Shown: one piece after another, positions 20,327 to 32,081 of the stretch
Position numbering within the stretch: position 1 is the stretch's first letter
Layout: every line of letters begins with the position of its first letter
Source: Synechococcus sp.
GTDB taxonomy: Bacteria > Cyanobacteriota > Cyanobacteriia > PCC-6307 > Cyanobiaceae
DNA length: 64,000 bases
Direction of reading: 5' to 3'
NCBI GenBank assembly: GCA_047285535.1
Contig: JBJBDC010000001.1
Coordinates: 320,136 to 384,135, forward strand
Translations under genes and position numbers: made by a program
The notes under the pieces: model-generated
The model's database searches: none
The model's input: only the letters and a program-made list of their open reading frames with translations
What the model was told of the DNA's origin: nothing

Positions 20327-20883
20327 TATGGAGTGGGGTCAAGAAGACTGGCCCGCAGACGATCGACTCCACCAGGACCTGCAGCCAGTGCCAGGGTCAA
20401 AACCAGTTGTCTTTGGATTGCGGATGAATGATCTTTGCTAAGCAAGCGTTGAACTGCACCACGACGGAGATTGAGGCGTTCATCAATGAGATCTCTTAAA
20501 CGTTGGTCCATAAGCGCCCAACGTCGAGCGGTCAGCTCAGATGGTTCACGACTTGAGAGAAGTTGATGAAGCATCGGATACAGACGGTCAGCCATGGCAC
20601 ACAGAAGCCTGATAAGAGCTTCTGTTTCCGCCGCACTAAGTTTTCCACGACGCGTGACCCGGCGCAGTGGATTATGGCAACGTCTTTTCCAGAGTTCTAC
20701 TCGATTCGGGAAGAGGGTCTCGAAACCAAGTTGTTGTGTTGCCCAAAGCATGGCTTCTCCGCCATTGAAATCTAACGATTCAACGGTGAGTAGAAGGAGA
20801 TCGAGGCGTTCCAAGCCACGACGGCCAAGAACAGCTGTCGGGAGAGGAACTTCTGACGAAGGAGCGACAGGGGCTTCAGTCAT
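20326..20883 (-). CDS. DUF3038 family protein
   Basis: LERLDLLLLTVESLD, NRVELWKRRCHNPLRR, GVDRLRASLLD. Confidence 0.8.
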   Translation of the reverse strand: MTEAPVAPSSEVPLPTAVLGRRGLERLDLLLLTVESLDFNGGEAMLWATQQLGFETLFPNRVELWKRRCHNPLRRVTRRGKLSAAETEALIRLLCAMADRLYPMLHQLLSSREPSELTARRWALMDQRLRDLIDERLNLRRGAVQRLLSKDHSSAIQRQLVLTLALAAGPGGVDRLRASLLDPTP

Positions 20884-21527
20884 GGCTTGGGGGCATTCGT
20901 TTCAAGAGGACCAATCCTGGACAGTGTCTTTAACACATCATTAGGTGGTAAAGGAAACCTTCCTTGCATGGGCAATCTGAACACTTGCTCAATAAGCGAA
21001 TCCCACGTTAGTGCGTTATACATTTCTCTCAACGGAAAGGTGGCTGACGTTGCGATTGGCACAGGATCTGAAATAAGACCATAAGTGCAATTGTTCACAA
21101 CAGAACAGACTTCGACTTGCAATTGTCGACCTACTTTTTGATGGACAATTCACAGTCAAGGCATAAAGATCCGTACATGGTGTTGCTGGATGTTCACTTG
21201 TTCATGATTGTGTCTGGAGTTGGATCACGGATGATCTGTTCTATGGCAGGGGATTTCATCGAAAGTAGTCTTGGTAAAAGGTTGTAGATCTCCTTGGGGC
21301 TCTAGAGGTTCCCTTCGGGACGATTTGAAATCTTTTGACCCTGAAATTTGTTGCTATCTTTTGCTGCTTCTTTGCTTTGTTTCTGGTTTCATTGTGAATT
21401 TGTTCAAAAATGTCGAGTGTTATCAATATGAATTCTTGAATGTCGTCCTAAGCGAGCAAGCATCCAGACAAGATTGTTTGCCTCTGTCTGCGATGATCCA
21501 ATGGTTAAGACTTACCTGAAACAAGCC

Positions 21528-22046
21528 TTGGATCTTCGTCAGTACGTTCAAGATATTCCTGACTTTCCTAAGCCAGGGATTCTCTTTCGTGATATTTCTC
21601 CAATGTTGCGGGATCCCGTGGCCTGGGCAGAGATCATGAATCGTCTAGGAGCGGTTTGTGATGCGTTGAAGCCTGACCTGATTGTAGGAATTGAAGCCCG
21701 TGGATTCATCGTCGGAATGGGCCTGGCAACCCATAGGAAATTGGGCTTTGTGCCGGTACGCAAACCCGGCAAACTTCCTGGTGATGTGTTGGGTGTTGAT
21801 TACGATCTTGAATATGGAAAGGATCGCCTTGAGATTCAAGCGGATGCTCTTCTTGCTCAACCACGTATTTTGATTGTTGATGATCTCTTGGCGACAGGAG
21901 GCACAGCCTCAGCAACAATTGACCTCATTAAAAAAGCCGGTGGTCAACTGGTTGGCTGTGCCTTTATCGTTGAGTTGGCAGCATTGAACGGACGCTCATG
22001 TTTTCCTTCAGGTATCACTGTTGAATCTTTGATTCACTATTCCTGA
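21528..22046 (+). CDS. apt: Adenine phosphoribosyltransferase
   Basis: [33 protein letters not shown] motif [11 protein letters not shown]; start placed at TTG 21528. Confidence 0.95.
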   Translation: MDLRQYVQDIPDFPKPGILFRDISPMLRDPVAWAEIMNRLGAVCDALKPDLIVGIEARGFIVGMGLATHRKLGFVPVRKPGKLPGDVLGVDYDLEYGKDRLEIQADALLAQPRILIVDDLLATGGTASATIDLIKKAGGQLVGCAFIVELAALNGRSCFPSGITVESLIHYS

Positions 22047-22249
22047 TTTTGCTGCCAATCCAAAACTTGCTGGTAACCTTGCAAGCTCAGAAGTCCAAAA
22101 CTCCAGAGCACCACTGGAAGTGGTGCTTGTTCTAATTCTGCTTGGCGCAAGCCAAGCTTGATGGCGTTATCACTGAGCCCCAGTTTTCCTTGCAAATAGG
22201 AAAGTAATGCCTCTGACGGCTTGGGTTGTGGGTCACTACTTAGAACCAT
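22037..22249 (-). CDS. DUF2949 family protein
   Basis: [32 protein letters not shown]. Confidence 0.8.
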   Translation of the reverse strand: MVLSSDPQPKPSEALLSYLQGKLGLSDNAIKLGLRQAELEQAPLPVVLWSFGLLSLQGYQQVLDWQQNQE

Positions 22250-22268
22250 TCAAACCATCATTCTTCAC

Positions 22269-23438
22269 TTACTCTGGCAAGCGTTTGAGAAGAGTGCCAG
22301 GTCCATCAGACATCACTTGAAGTGAAACACGTCGAAAGAATGTGGACCTCCTCAGTATTGAGAGACCAACACGTCGGATGAGGAGAAGTCCTGGTTGACG
22401 GTTGGAGAATAAACGCACAAGGCAATCCGTTGCCAACCCAACGGTGAAGAGATCTAGAAAACGAAACTTTGTGTAGAGACGAGGCACATCTCTGATGCCA
22501 AGTCTGAGGTGTGAAGTAGAGGACATCAGCTTGAGAAGAGTATCCACATCACGCCAACAAAGATTCAGCCCTTGTCCACCAACGGGATGACAGCGATGAC
22601 CGGATTCTCCAACAAGAACAATGTTATCTCGATGCAATTTCGGAGAAATACTGAGCTCTAGAGGAAAAGAACCTGGTGCATCAAGCAAGGCATCGGGTTC
22701 GAGGCCATAAGGAAGAATCGTGGCAAGCTGATCGAGAAATGCAGACGATTCTAGAGATGCTAATCGGCGACATCGATCGATGGGCGCACTCCATACAACT
22801 TGAAAATCGTTGGAACCTAGCGGAAGAAGGGCTAGGGGACCTTCCGGCCTGAAGCATTCATACGCTTCCTCAGGATTAACCTTCCGCAGGTGTACTTTTG
22901 CAGTTAAACACCCTTGCGAATAGTGATGTGACCAAAAAGGCAGTTTTGAATTCGTTCGTGTTGACGATCGTGGCCCATCAGCAGCGATGACTAAATTATG
23001 TTCATCATTGATTGATTTTATTTGATCATTTTTCTTGCCCAAGCAAAGGCTGATGAGTGTATTTTGCTCGAGCTTTTGTAGTATTAAGGGCATTAATGAT
23101 TGGTGGTCAAGTATCCATCCAATTGTGTTTGTATGGCTATTGCTGGGATGTAAGTCTTTAGGTGTAAATCTAACCCTGCGATTGGTGCCACAATCTTCTA
23201 AGCGCAAAGACTTGAAGGGAACCATGAAGGGTTTCAACTCATTCCAAAGGCCTAAACGTATGAGGAGGCGGCGGGATGAGTGAGTTAAGGCATAAGCCCG
23301 ACTCTTAGAACATAGTTCTGTCGCGCACAGGGGATCAAACAGATGAATTGAATAACCGAGTTTTGCGAGTCCAATGGCCAGCAAGCTTCCTGTTGGACCG
23401 GCTCCATTAATCCGTATTGAAGGAGAAGAACCGGTCAT
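22269..23438 (-). CDS. FAD-dependent hydroxylase, UbiH/COQ6 family
   Basis: GAGPTG, AADG, GPLALLP, LVGESGHRCHPVGGQGLNLCWRD. Confidence 0.85.
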   Translation of the reverse strand: MTGSSPSIRINGAGPTGSLLAIGLAKLGYSIHLFDPLCATELCSKSRAYALTHSSRRLLIRLGLWNELKPFMVPFKSLRLEDCGTNRRVRFTPKDLHPSNSHTNTIGWILDHQSLMPLILQKLEQNTLISLCLGKKNDQIKSINDEHNLVIAADGPRSSTRTNSKLPFWSHHYSQGCLTAKVHLRKVNPEEAYECFRPEGPLALLPLGSNDFQVVWSAPIDRCRRLASLESSAFLDQLATILPYGLEPDALLDAPGSFPLELSISPKLHRDNIVLVGESGHRCHPVGGQGLNLCWRDVDTLLKLMSSTSHLRLGIRDVPRLYTKFRFLDLFTVGLATDCLVRLFSNRQPGLLLIRRVGLSILRRSTFFRRVSLQVMSDGPGTLLKRLPE

Positions 23439-23447
23439 GAGGCCTGA

Positions 23448-23699
23448 TCAGCCAATGCCAAGCAGTCCGCGGGTGAGGGATTCACCACCCATGGCCAATT
23501 CAGTCGCCAGCAAGGCAATGAAGCCGAGCATGGCCATGCGTCCATTCAGTTTTTCGGCGCGTTCGTGAAAACCCCAACCATTCTCTACATCCACAATTTC
23601 CATGCGTGGCTCAGTCGCGAATGCGTTCAGACGGCCTCCATCTTCTTGGGTCACAGTGGCGCCGCGCATGATGGATGGACTTGCAGAGGCTTGAGTCAT
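23448..23699 (-). CDS. hli: High-light-inducible protein
   Basis: LNAFATEP and the chlorophyll-binding motif AEKLNGRMAMLGF. Confidence 0.95.
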   Translation of the reverse strand: MTQASASPSIMRGATVTQEDGGRLNAFATEPRMEIVDVENGWGFHERAEKLNGRMAMLGFIALLATELAMGGESLTRGLLGIG

Positions 23700-23716
23700 G
23701 AAGACTGATTGATTTC

Positions 23717-23742
23717 TTTACGAAGTGTAACCCATTTGTGAA
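23717..23742 (-). promoter_or_regulatory. HLR1-like (RpaB) direct repeats upstream of hli
   Basis: Minus strand TTCACAAATGGGTTACACTTCGTAAA, GTTACA-like units at about 10-11 bp spacing. Confidence 0.5.
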
Positions 23743-24401
23743 GAAACGTTGCGAAGTCGAATGCGGCACAGGTCTTCGAATGCAGGTCTCAGCAGGTATG
23801 GATAGTCTCCGATCCACATTCGCAGTCCTGGAAGCCAAGCATCGCTCAAGGCTCCAAGTCGTGAGAAGTCCTTTCGATCACTTAGCACTAGACATCGAAT
23901 CAAGGTTCCTGGCCGAATGGCTCCATGGTGCTTCGCCATTGGAAAGGAGATTCGTCCGAGATAGCCTTCCTCATCAGCAAGCTCAAGTACGAGCCAGGTC
24001 CTTCGATTTTCAATGAGTTCGAGTTGACCGCGCGCATCAGCCTGCTCCCTCTGATTTTCAATTCGCTCCCTGCGATAAGCCTCAACAATTTCTCCTTCAA
24101 ATAGTGCTGCAGCCGGATACCTCCGCAACACGGCATTTTTCTGACCAGCTTCGACAATGGGGCCCCACAGCACATACAGCAGAAGCACAACACCGATCAC
24201 GAGCCAAAGAGAGCCCCATCGATTTGCTAGTTGGCTTTGACTGATCAAAAGAGTGATTACCCCCCCAATCGAGGCAATCAGTAGACGCTGAAGGATCTTT
24301 CGCGGATTGCCTAGTGCAGATCTGAATTGTTGGCCGGTGGCAACAGCAGGAATCAACCGATGCAGTTCACCGGGTCGCAGAGGAATCAACATGGTGACCA
24401 A
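23718..24401 (-). CDS. Cyanobacterial membrane protein of unknown function
   Basis: LIPAVATGQQF, two TM helices, ELIENRRTW, YPYLLRPAF; lies downstream of dapB. Confidence 0.75.
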   Translation of the reverse strand: MVTMLIPLRPGELHRLIPAVATGQQFRSALGNPRKILQRLLIASIGGVITLLISQSQLANRWGSLWLVIGVVLLLYVLWGPIVEAGQKNAVLRRYPAAALFEGEIVEAYRRERIENQREQADARGQLELIENRRTWLVLELADEEGYLGRISFPMAKHHGAIRPGTLIRCLVLSDRKDFSRLGALSDAWLPGLRMWIGDYPYLLRPAFEDLCRIRLRNVSSQMGYTS

Positions 24402-24404
24402 CCT

Positions 24405-25256
24405 TTAAAGAAGGCGTTCAAGGCCGTAAATCAGAGTCTGCAAGATTCGTACTTTGCGAATGCAGAGGAGAACTCCCGGCATATAAGCAGCTCGATCAAT
24501 GGTGTCGTGCCGAAGGGTATAAGTCTCGCCTGGCGAGCCGAACATCACTTCCTGGTGAGCTACGAGACCTGGAAGTCTCAGGGAATGTAAACGCAGGCCG
24601 CTTGGTCGCAGACCACCACGACTTCCAGCAAGAGATTCATGCTCCTCAACCTCTGATTGATTGAATTGTTTCCCGAGCTCTTCCATGAGTTCAGCCGTTT
24701 TGATGCAAGTTCCACTAGGAGCATCAGCTTTGCGGTTGTGATGAAGTTCCGTTAGCTCTGCGTGGTCATAGAAGCGAGCAGCGGCCGCGGCCGCCTGTTG
24801 GAGTAACACCATCCCTACAGAGAAATTAGGAATCACTGCCCCGCCGATGGAGGCTTTCTCTGAGAATGACTGCAGATCATTCAGTTGGGTTGGAGAGAGA
24901 CCTGTGGTCCCAATCACTGGATGAACCCCATAGGCAATCGCAGCTCTGGTATTGGCATAGACCACAGATGGATGGGTGAAATCAACCATGACAGTGCCTT
25001 TGCCTGGCCCTGCATCACGAACGGCCTGACTTGCGGCACAAAGGCAACCCTCAAGATCTGCCGTCACTGCAACGTCCAAGGCGTTGAGTCCCAGAAGTAA
25101 CCCTATGTCTTCTCCTTCTTTTCCGGGCGTGTTGTCCACAGCTCCAACGAGCTTGCAATCGGACGTCGAAGTCACAGCGCGAATCACTTCGGCACCCATT
25201 CGACCCAGTGCACCGGTCACAATGACGGGTATCGAGTCGCTCTGGATGTCGCTCAT
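24405..25256 (-). CDS. dapB: 4-hydroxy-tetrahydrodipicolinate reductase
   Basis: [37 protein letters not shown]. Confidence 0.95.
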   Translation of the reverse strand: MSDIQSDSIPVIVTGALGRMGAEVIRAVTSTSDCKLVGAVDNTPGKEGEDIGLLLGLNALDVAVTADLEGCLCAASQAVRDAGPGKGTVMVDFTHPSVVYANTRAAIAYGVHPVIGTTGLSPTQLNDLQSFSEKASIGGAVIPNFSVGMVLLQQAAAAAARFYDHAELTELHHNRKADAPSGTCIKTAELMEELGKQFNQSEVEEHESLAGSRGGLRPSGLRLHSLRLPGLVAHQEVMFGSPGETYTLRHDTIDRAAYMPGVLLCIRKVRILQTLIYGLERLL

Positions 25257-25343
25257 GAATGGGCAGCAGATGGCTTCAGCCTATGGGGCCAAGCGCGGAT
25301 GTAACACGACATGCAAAACCAAAGCGGAGAGACAGACTCACCC

Positions 25344-25357
25344 GTAAACTTCGTTAC
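25344..25357. promoter_or_regulatory. GTA-N8-TAC (NtcA-like) / HLR1-like site upstream of chlH
   Basis: GTAAACTTCGTTAC, 17 nt before the chlH ATG. Confidence 0.4.
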
Positions 25358-25374
25358 ATTGCTCAAATGCGCTG

Positions 25375-28300
25375 ATGTTTACGCAGGTCCGTTCCGCTGA
25401 TCGTCGGATTGTTCCTGTTGATGAGCACAATCATCAGGTGGTCATGAAGGCCGTCTATGTGGTTCTCGAACCGCAATACCAAAGTGCTCTGACTCAAGCG
25501 GCGATCACTCTCAATGCTCAAGCAGGTCCGATCGGGATAGAACTCTGTGGCTATCTCATTGAGGAGCTCCGTGATGACCTCAATTACGCAGACTTTAAAA
25601 AAGATATTGCTGACACTGATGTCTTTATTGGCTCACTCATTTTTATTGAAGATCTTGCTCAAAAAGTTGTTGATGCAGTAGCTCCTCATCGCGATCGTCT
25701 TAAGGCTGCGGTTGTCTTTCCATCGATGCCGGAAGTCATGCGCCTCAACAAGTTGGGCAGCTTCTCCATGGCTCAGCTTGGTCAGAGTAAAAGTGCGATC
25801 GCCGGCTTCATGAAAAAGCGGAAAGAGGCTGGGGGAGCAGGCTTTCAAGATGCAATGCTCAAACTCCTCAACACTCTTCCAACGGTTCTCAAGTACCTCC
25901 CTGTTGAGAAAGCTCAGGATGCTCGCAGCTTCATGCTGAGTTTCCAGTATTGGTTAGGAGGCACTCCAGATAACCTTCAAAATTTTCTACTCATGCTGGC
26001 AGATAAGTATGTCTTTCCAGCATCAGAATCTGAACATCGTCCTGAATTCGTTGTTGCCGATCCAGAGGTATTCCCTGATTTAGGAATCTGGCATCCACTC
26101 GCACCCCAGATGTTTGAGGACCTCAAAGAATATTTGAATTGGACGGCCAGTCGTACCGATTTAGGCGAAAACTCACGGAATGGTCCAGTGATTGGACTTG
26201 TCCTTCAGAGAAGCCACATTGTGACCGGAGATGATGCTCATTACGTCGCCACCATTCAGGAACTCGAATTTCGTGGTGCACGCGTTATTCCAATCTTTTG
26301 CGGAGGTCTTGATTTTTCTAAGCCGGTCAATGCATTTTTTTACGATCCGCTTAATGCAGATCAATCCTTAGTTGATAGCATTGTTTCACTGACTGGGTTT
26401 GCCTTGGTTGGTGGTCCAGCGCGTCAAGATCATCCCAAGGCTGTTGAGGCACTAAAAAAACTCAACCGGCCCTATATGGTTGCGCTTCCACTGGTCTTTC
26501 AAACGACGCAGGAATGGGAAAAAAGTGATCTTGGGCTTCATCCAGTTCAAGTTGCACTGCAAATTGCAATTCCTGAATTAGATGGAGCTATAGAGCCCAT
26601 TGTTCTTTCTGGACGTGACGACGCCACTGGAAAAGCACATACCTTGCAAGATCGTGTGGATGCGATCGCTGAAAGGGCCATTCGGTGGTCTTCGTTACGA
26701 ATCAAGCCTTGTGCAGAAAAGAAATTAGCAATTACTGTTTTCAGTTTCCCTCCAGATAAGGGCAATGTTGGAACGGCTGCGTACCTCAATGTCTTTGATT
26801 CCATCTACAGAGTGCTTCAGGAGATGAAGGCTAAGGGATATGACGTTCAGAATCTGCCACGTGATGCCAAGTCACTGATGGAAACTGTGATTAGTGATCC
26901 TGAAGCATTGCAAGGATCACCTGAACTCTCGATCGCCCATCGAATGAGCGTAGAAGAGTATGAACGCCTGACTCCTTATTCAGCACGTTTGGAAGAAAAT
27001 TGGGGTAAGCCTCCAGGCAGCTTAAATAGTGATGGCCAAAATCTATTGATTTATGGGTGTCATTTTGGAAATGTTTTTGTAGGCGTTCAGCCTACATTTG
27101 GCTATGAAGGTGACCCAATGCGGCTTCTCTACTCTCGCAGTGCCAGCCCTCATCATGGTTTTGCTGCCTATTACACCTACCTAGAAAAGGTTTGGGGAGC
27201 AGACGCAGTGCTCCACTTCGGGACGCATGGATCTCTTGAGTTTATGCCTGGCAAGCAAATGGGTATGAGCGAAACTTGTTACCCAGACTCTTTAATCGGA
27301 GCCTTACCTAATCTCTATTATTACGCAGCTAATAATCCGTCTGAGGCGACTATTGCGAAACGTAGAGGATATGCTTCTACTATTAGCTATCTAACACCAC
27401 CAGCCGAAAATGCTGGTCTTTATAAAGGACTCAAGGAGTTAGGTGAGTTGGTTGGCTCTTACCAGCAATTGCGTGAAAGTGCTCGTGGAGTACAAATTGT
27501 CAATGCCATTATTGAAACTGCAAGGTTATGTAATCTCGATAAAGATGTCAGTCTCCCTGATGATGATTCGTCTCAATTAGATCTCGAAGCTCGTGACTCC
27601 ATTGTGGGTGCCATCTACAGGCAATTAATGGAAATTGAAAGTCGCCTTCTTCCTTGCGGCTTGCACACTATTGGTAAACCTCCTACGGCAGAAGAAGCGA
27701 TTGCAACGTTGGTCAGCATTGCTGCTCTGGAGCGTGAAGAGGAAGGCCTTCGCTCACTCCCCGGTCTTCTTGCTGAATCATTAGGTCGCAAGATTGACGA
27801 CATTTATCAAGGAAATGACGACGGTGTTCTTGAAGATGTAGAGCTCAATCGCACAATCACAGAGGTATCGCGATCAGCTGTGGGTGCCATGGTGCGATCA
27901 CTCACTGGCCAGGATGGTCGCGTGAGAATGCGCGAAAACTTTGGCTGGTTCCTGAAACTGCTTGCTCGTCTCGGATTCAAGCTGCCAACACCTTGGTATC
28001 GAGCCTGTTGTTCCGCTGGCTTTAAAGATATTGACAGTAGTGCTCTTGACACACTCTTTGCCTACTTGCGTTTCTGTCTGCAACAGATCTGTGCAGATAT
28101 GGAGATGGAAAGCTTACTTAGGGCTCTTGATGGTGAATATGTTCTCCCCGGACCAGGTGGAGACCCAATCAGGAATCCAGGTGTGCTTCCAAGTGGGAAA
28201 AATATTCATGCTCTTGACCCTCAAGCGATTCCAACTCGCGCAGCAGTAGCAGCAGCAAAAGTCGTCGTAGATAAATTAATTGAACGTGAGAGAGAAGAAC

Positions 28301-29391
28301 AAGGTGATTGGCCAGAAACGATCGCCTGCGTACTTTGGGGAACTGACAATATCAAGACCTACGGGGAGTCGCTTGCGCAGATCCTCTGGTTCATTGGAGT
28401 GCGACCTGTTCCTGACTCTCTTGGCAGAGTCAATAAGCTTGAACTGATTCCGCTGGAGGAACTCGGGCGTCCAAGGATCGATGTGGTTGTGAATTGTTCA
28501 GGTGTCTTTCGAGATTTATTTGTGAATCAGATGGCCCTGATTGATCAAGGCGTGAAGATGGCCGCTGAGTCAGATGAACCTGTCGAACAAAACTTTGTTC
28601 GAAAACATGCTCTCGAACAGGCGGATAAAGAGGGGACAAGTCTTCGAGATGCTGCTTGCCGTGTTTTTTCTAATGCAAGTGGCAGCTACAGCTCGAATGT
28701 AAATCTCGCCGTTGAAAACAGTAGTTGGGAAGAAGAAGGTGAGCTTCAGGAGATGTACCTGTCTCGTAAGACTTTTGCTTTTAATGCTGACAATCCAGGT
28801 GAAATGGATCAGAAGCGTGATGTTTTTGAGTCGGTCATGAAGACAGCAGACGCTACATTTCAAAATCTAGACTCGGCCGAAATTTCTTTGACCGATGTCA
28901 GTCATTATTTCGACAGCGACCCCACCAAGTTGATTCAGGGACTTCGTGATGATGGGAAAACACCATCGAGCTACATCGCAGATACGACGACTGCAAATGC
29001 CCAAGTGCGCTCCTTAAGTGAAACGATTCGTCTTGACTCGCGTACCAAGCTGCTCAATCCGAAGTGGTATGAAGGCATGCTTGATTCGGGTTATGAGGGT
29101 GTGCGTGAAGTGGCAAAACGCTTGAACTTCACCCTGGGATGGAGTGCTACCAGTGGTTCTGTTGACAACTTCGTCTACGAAGAAGCCAATGAAACATTCA
29201 TTAACGATCCTGAGATGCGCAAACGACTGCTGGAACTTAATCCCCACAGCTTCAGGCGCATTGTTGGAACTTTACTTGAAGTCAATGGACGTGGATACTG
29301 GGAAACATCGGATGAAAATATTGAACAACTTCAAGAGCTCTATCAAGAGGTAGAGGATCGAATTGAAGGTGTCACCACTGAAGACAAATAA
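25375..29391 (+). CDS. chlH: Magnesium chelatase subunit H
   Basis: 1338 aa; [67 protein letters not shown]. Confidence 0.97.
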   Translation: MFTQVRSADRRIVPVDEHNHQVVMKAVYVVLEPQYQSALTQAAITLNAQAGPIGIELCGYLIEELRDDLNYADFKKDIADTDVFIGSLIFIEDLAQKVVDAVAPHRDRLKAAVVFPSMPEVMRLNKLGSFSMAQLGQSKSAIAGFMKKRKEAGGAGFQDAMLKLLNTLPTVLKYLPVEKAQDARSFMLSFQYWLGGTPDNLQNFLLMLADKYVFPASESEHRPEFVVADPEVFPDLGIWHPLAPQMFEDLKEYLNWTASRTDLGENSRNGPVIGLVLQRSHIVTGDDAHYVATIQELEFRGARVIPIFCGGLDFSKPVNAFFYDPLNADQSLVDSIVSLTGFALVGGPARQDHPKAVEALKKLNRPYMVALPLVFQTTQEWEKSDLGLHPVQVALQIAIPELDGAIEPIVLSGRDDATGKAHTLQDRVDAIAERAIRWSSLRIKPCAEKKLAITVFSFPPDKGNVGTAAYLNVFDSIYRVLQEMKAKGYDVQNLPRDAKSLMETVISDPEALQGSPELSIAHRMSVEEYERLTPYSARLEENWGKPPGSLNSDGQNLLIYGCHFGNVFVGVQPTFGYEGDPMRLLYSRSASPHHGFAAYYTYLEKVWGADAVLHFGTHGSLEFMPGKQMGMSETCYPDSLIGALPNLYYYAANNPSEATIAKRRGYASTISYLTPPAENAGLYKGLKELGELVGSYQQLRESARGVQIVNAIIETARLCNLDKDVSLPDDDSSQLDLEARDSIVGAIYRQLMEIESRLLPCGLHTIGKPPTAEEAIATLVSIAALEREEEGLRSLPGLLAESLGRKIDDIYQGNDDGVLEDVELNRTITEVSRSAVGAMVRSLTGQDGRVRMRENFGWFLKLLARLGFKLPTPWYRACCSAGFKDIDSSALDTLFAYLRFCLQQICADMEMESLLRALDGEYVLPGPGGDPIRNPGVLPSGKNIHALDPQAIPTRAAVAAAKVVVDKLIEREREEQGDWPETIACVLWGTDNIKTYGESLAQILWFIGVRPVPDSLGRVNKLELIPLEELGRPRIDVVVNCSGVFRDLFVNQMALIDQGVKMAAESDEPVEQNFVRKHALEQADKEGTSLRDAACRVFSNASGSYSSNVNLAVENSSWEEEGELQEMYLSRKTFAFNADNPGEMDQKRDVFESVMKTADATFQNLDSAEISLTDVSHYFDSDPTKLIQGLRDDGKTPSSYIADTTTANAQVRSLSETIRLDSRTKLLNPKWYEGMLDSGYEGVREVAKRLNFTLGWSATSGSVDNFVYEEANETFINDPEMRKRLLELNPHSFRRIVGTLLEVNGRGYWETSDENIEQLQELYQEVEDRIEGVTTEDK

Positions 29392-29523
29392 TTAATTGAA
29401 CTCTTGATGGCTGCGGTTTAAAAATTCAATATCACCTCCTTGGTGAGTTGATTTGAGGTAAAACTTTTAGTTCGATTGTGGATATTTTCAATGAATACTT
29501 GTATGATCTTATCTATTGATTAA

Positions 29524-30813
29524 ATGTTTCGGCCCCTTCCGCTTCATCTAATCAGTCTTACGTCGGATGCGCTCGAGGCAAAAGCGATACTCCTATCATT
29601 AGCGATCATCGTCATAGTATCTCAGTCGTTTGGAGATGTGCTCCAAAGACTTTGCCGACCTCGTGTCATGGGCGAGATTCTTTGGAGGGATTGCACTGGG
29701 ACCTGTTTTTGGGCTGGGTTTAACCACAATTAGAACCTCAATTGTGTGGCGATGCTCTCACTGATGAAATCAGTCTGCTGGGTGAAATTGGCCTGGCCAT
29801 CGTGATGATTTTTAGAGGCTTAAATCTTGGCTCGTCAATTCGAAAAGGAAAAATATAACGAGCCGCTGGACCATCCATCACTGGCATTGTTGTGTCTTTG
29901 CTATTAGGCATTGGCGCTCAGTCTTTCGTTGGGAGAATGGCGCCCTGATCTTTTCCCAGGCGATCAGATCAGTGGATCACTTTTCATGGGAACATCGATG
30001 GCCCTGACGCCTTCCCTGTCTTGGCTTTTATTCTCAAAGGACGAATCTCACTACAAATTCCTATCGGGACCATCAGTCTCATGACTGCGGCAATTGATAA
30101 TCTCATGTGCTGGATTCTCCTCGCGTCAGTCGTAGCGTTTGCGCGCTCAGGCTCTTGACTCGGAGGCATTGATCCATTCCGCAAGGCAATCGTTTCGGCC
30201 CTTTTCTGACTGGTAGAACCAGATCATTAAGCCAGAAACTAAAACGAACTTTTGAACGAACCCAAAGCCTGTCTCCACTCCTGAATGGAACTATTTTACT
30301 GGATTCATGCTGAGCTGTGACTTCAAAGATGCGATAGAAGTTTGCCTTGTCGTTGGAGCTTTCCTGTGGGCCTAGCAATGCCAAGAAGTCAAACATCCAA
30401 GACGCAAAACATTTTATTTCAGATGGAACTAGCATTGAAGTCCTGATCATGCGATTATTGCTTCCACTCTTCTTTGTATCGAGTGGTCTTCAGAGGCAAT
30501 GGCTCAATCTTGTAAAATTTGAAATAATGAAAATAGCAATCCTTGTTTTATTGGTAGTAATAGACGGCAAGTTTCTGGGAACCTTGTGAGCTGCGAGAAT
30601 CGGAGGATGAATAAGACGAGGGTCACATGTTTTGGCTGGCTTCCCAATACACGAGGGATGAGAGAATGGGTGATTCTCAATGTAGACTTCGAGTTGTGGA
30701 TTTTTAGTGTCACTGTGTTTGGCATCTGAGTAGTGACAGCTGTTGCAACAACATGAATGACAGCTCTTATGTTGTGCCGTTTGAATTATGTCAAGTCAAC
30801 AAATGAACCCTGA
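29524..30813 (+). pseudogene. Degraded CPA2-family cation/H+ antiporter
   Basis: Collinear fragments across frames: RPRVMGEI, LLGEIGLAIVMI, AFPVLAFILK, AAIDNLMCWILLA, LLPLFFVSSGL, GKFLGT, GWLPNTRGMREWVILNV; several stops and frameshifts. Confidence 0.8.
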
Positions 30814-30817
30814 ATGA

Positions 30818-31213
30818 TTACCTTATAGGCTTGCAATGACACAATCTTTCTAAATCAGGACGACCAGTAAGACGCAACCTTTGCGCTGCCCATATCCTAT
30901 AAATCTGATCAATGAAGACTCCTACCCATGGCCATGCCGTTGGTGCATAGATCCAACCAAGTCCAACGCAGTGATAAGCCTCTCGGAAGACAGCCACATC
31001 TTGAATAACCTCTCCGTCTGCACGAATGGCATGGATGCGCGCCATTGCTTCTCTGTAGCTAATCCCTTTCCATTGGCCAGGATCGTAGGCGTCATGATCG
31101 ATATCGACAAAAGCAAGTCTTCCCAGACGATCTCGACGCTTCAAAAACTTGACTTCACGAAGGCAAAGCGGACAAGCACCGTCATACAAAACTGTGAGAC
31201 TTGGTTGACTCAT
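30818..31213 (-). CDS. DCC-family thiol-disulfide oxidoreductase (DUF393)
   Basis: LYDGACPLCLREV (DxxC..C), FVDI, AMARIHA. Confidence 0.88.
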   Translation of the reverse strand: MSQPSLTVLYDGACPLCLREVKFLKRRDRLGRLAFVDIDHDAYDPGQWKGISYREAMARIHAIRADGEVIQDVAVFREAYHCVGLGWIYAPTAWPWVGVFIDQIYRIWAAQRLRLTGRPDLERLCHCKPIR

Positions 31214-31241
31214 CTTCCACAACTGGAAATGAGCTGCAGTT

Positions 31242-32075
31242 CTAGCGATCTGAACCGATTGCCGAGGCCATGGTCACCACTTGGTGAATAGGCCCCACAT
31301 CGTGGACCCGCAGAACAGCCACACCAGCATCCACTGCCAGAGCACAGACCGCTGCTGTCCCCCAAAGACGGGCACGCGCTCTTGGTTCATTCAGAACGGC
31401 CCCGATAAAGCGTTTTCGCGAGGGCCCCAGCAAGATGGGAATCCCTTCAGCTACCAGTGTGTCGAGCTGTTGCAGCAGGGTGAGGTTTTGTGCCGTTGTT
31501 TTGGCAAATCCGAGGCCTGGATCCCACAGCAACTGGTCACGCATCACACCAGCCTCAGTTGCGCGATCGGTTGCTGCCCGTAATTCATCCAAAACTCCTT
31601 GAACCACACCCTGCTCCCCGTAATCCGTGCAGCGATCCATCGTTCGACTAGTTCCGCGACTGTGCATCAGCACAAACGGGCAGCCTGCACGAGCGATCAG
31701 TGGAAGCATCTCCGGATCACGTCGTCCACCGCTCACGTCGTTAATCCAATCAGCACCAGCCTCGAGCGCCTGGATGGCAACCCCAGCGAGAAATGTATCG
31801 ACTGACAGCAAAACTTTGGGGTGAGCGGCACGAATGGCCTTCAGCGTTGGCAACAGGCGCTTGAGCTCCTCATCCTCTCCCACTTCAACGGCATTCGGTC
31901 TGGTGCTTTGGGCTCCAAGATCCAGACAATCAGCCCCAGAAGCAATTTGACGCGTCGCCTCAGCCAATGCCCTTTCGAGTTGATTGAACTGACCGCCATC
32001 GCTAAACGAATCGGGAGTGAGGTTGATCACTCCCATCACTGCCGTACGCCTGCCCCACTCCTTAGGCCAGCGCAT
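31242..32075 (-). CDS. folP: Dihydropteroate synthase
   Basis: MGVINLTPDSFSDGG, GAQSTRP, DPGLGFAK, GPSRKRF, LRVHDV. Confidence 0.95.
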   Translation of the reverse strand: MRWPKEWGRRTAVMGVINLTPDSFSDGGQFNQLERALAEATRQIASGADCLDLGAQSTRPNAVEVGEDEELKRLLPTLKAIRAAHPKVLLSVDTFLAGVAIQALEAGADWINDVSGGRRDPEMLPLIARAGCPFVLMHSRGTSRTMDRCTDYGEQGVVQGVLDELRAATDRATEAGVMRDQLLWDPGLGFAKTTAQNLTLLQQLDTLVAEGIPILLGPSRKRFIGAVLNEPRARARLWGTAAVCALAVDAGVAVLRVHDVGPIHQVVTMASAIGSDR

Positions 32076-32081
32076 CGAAAG

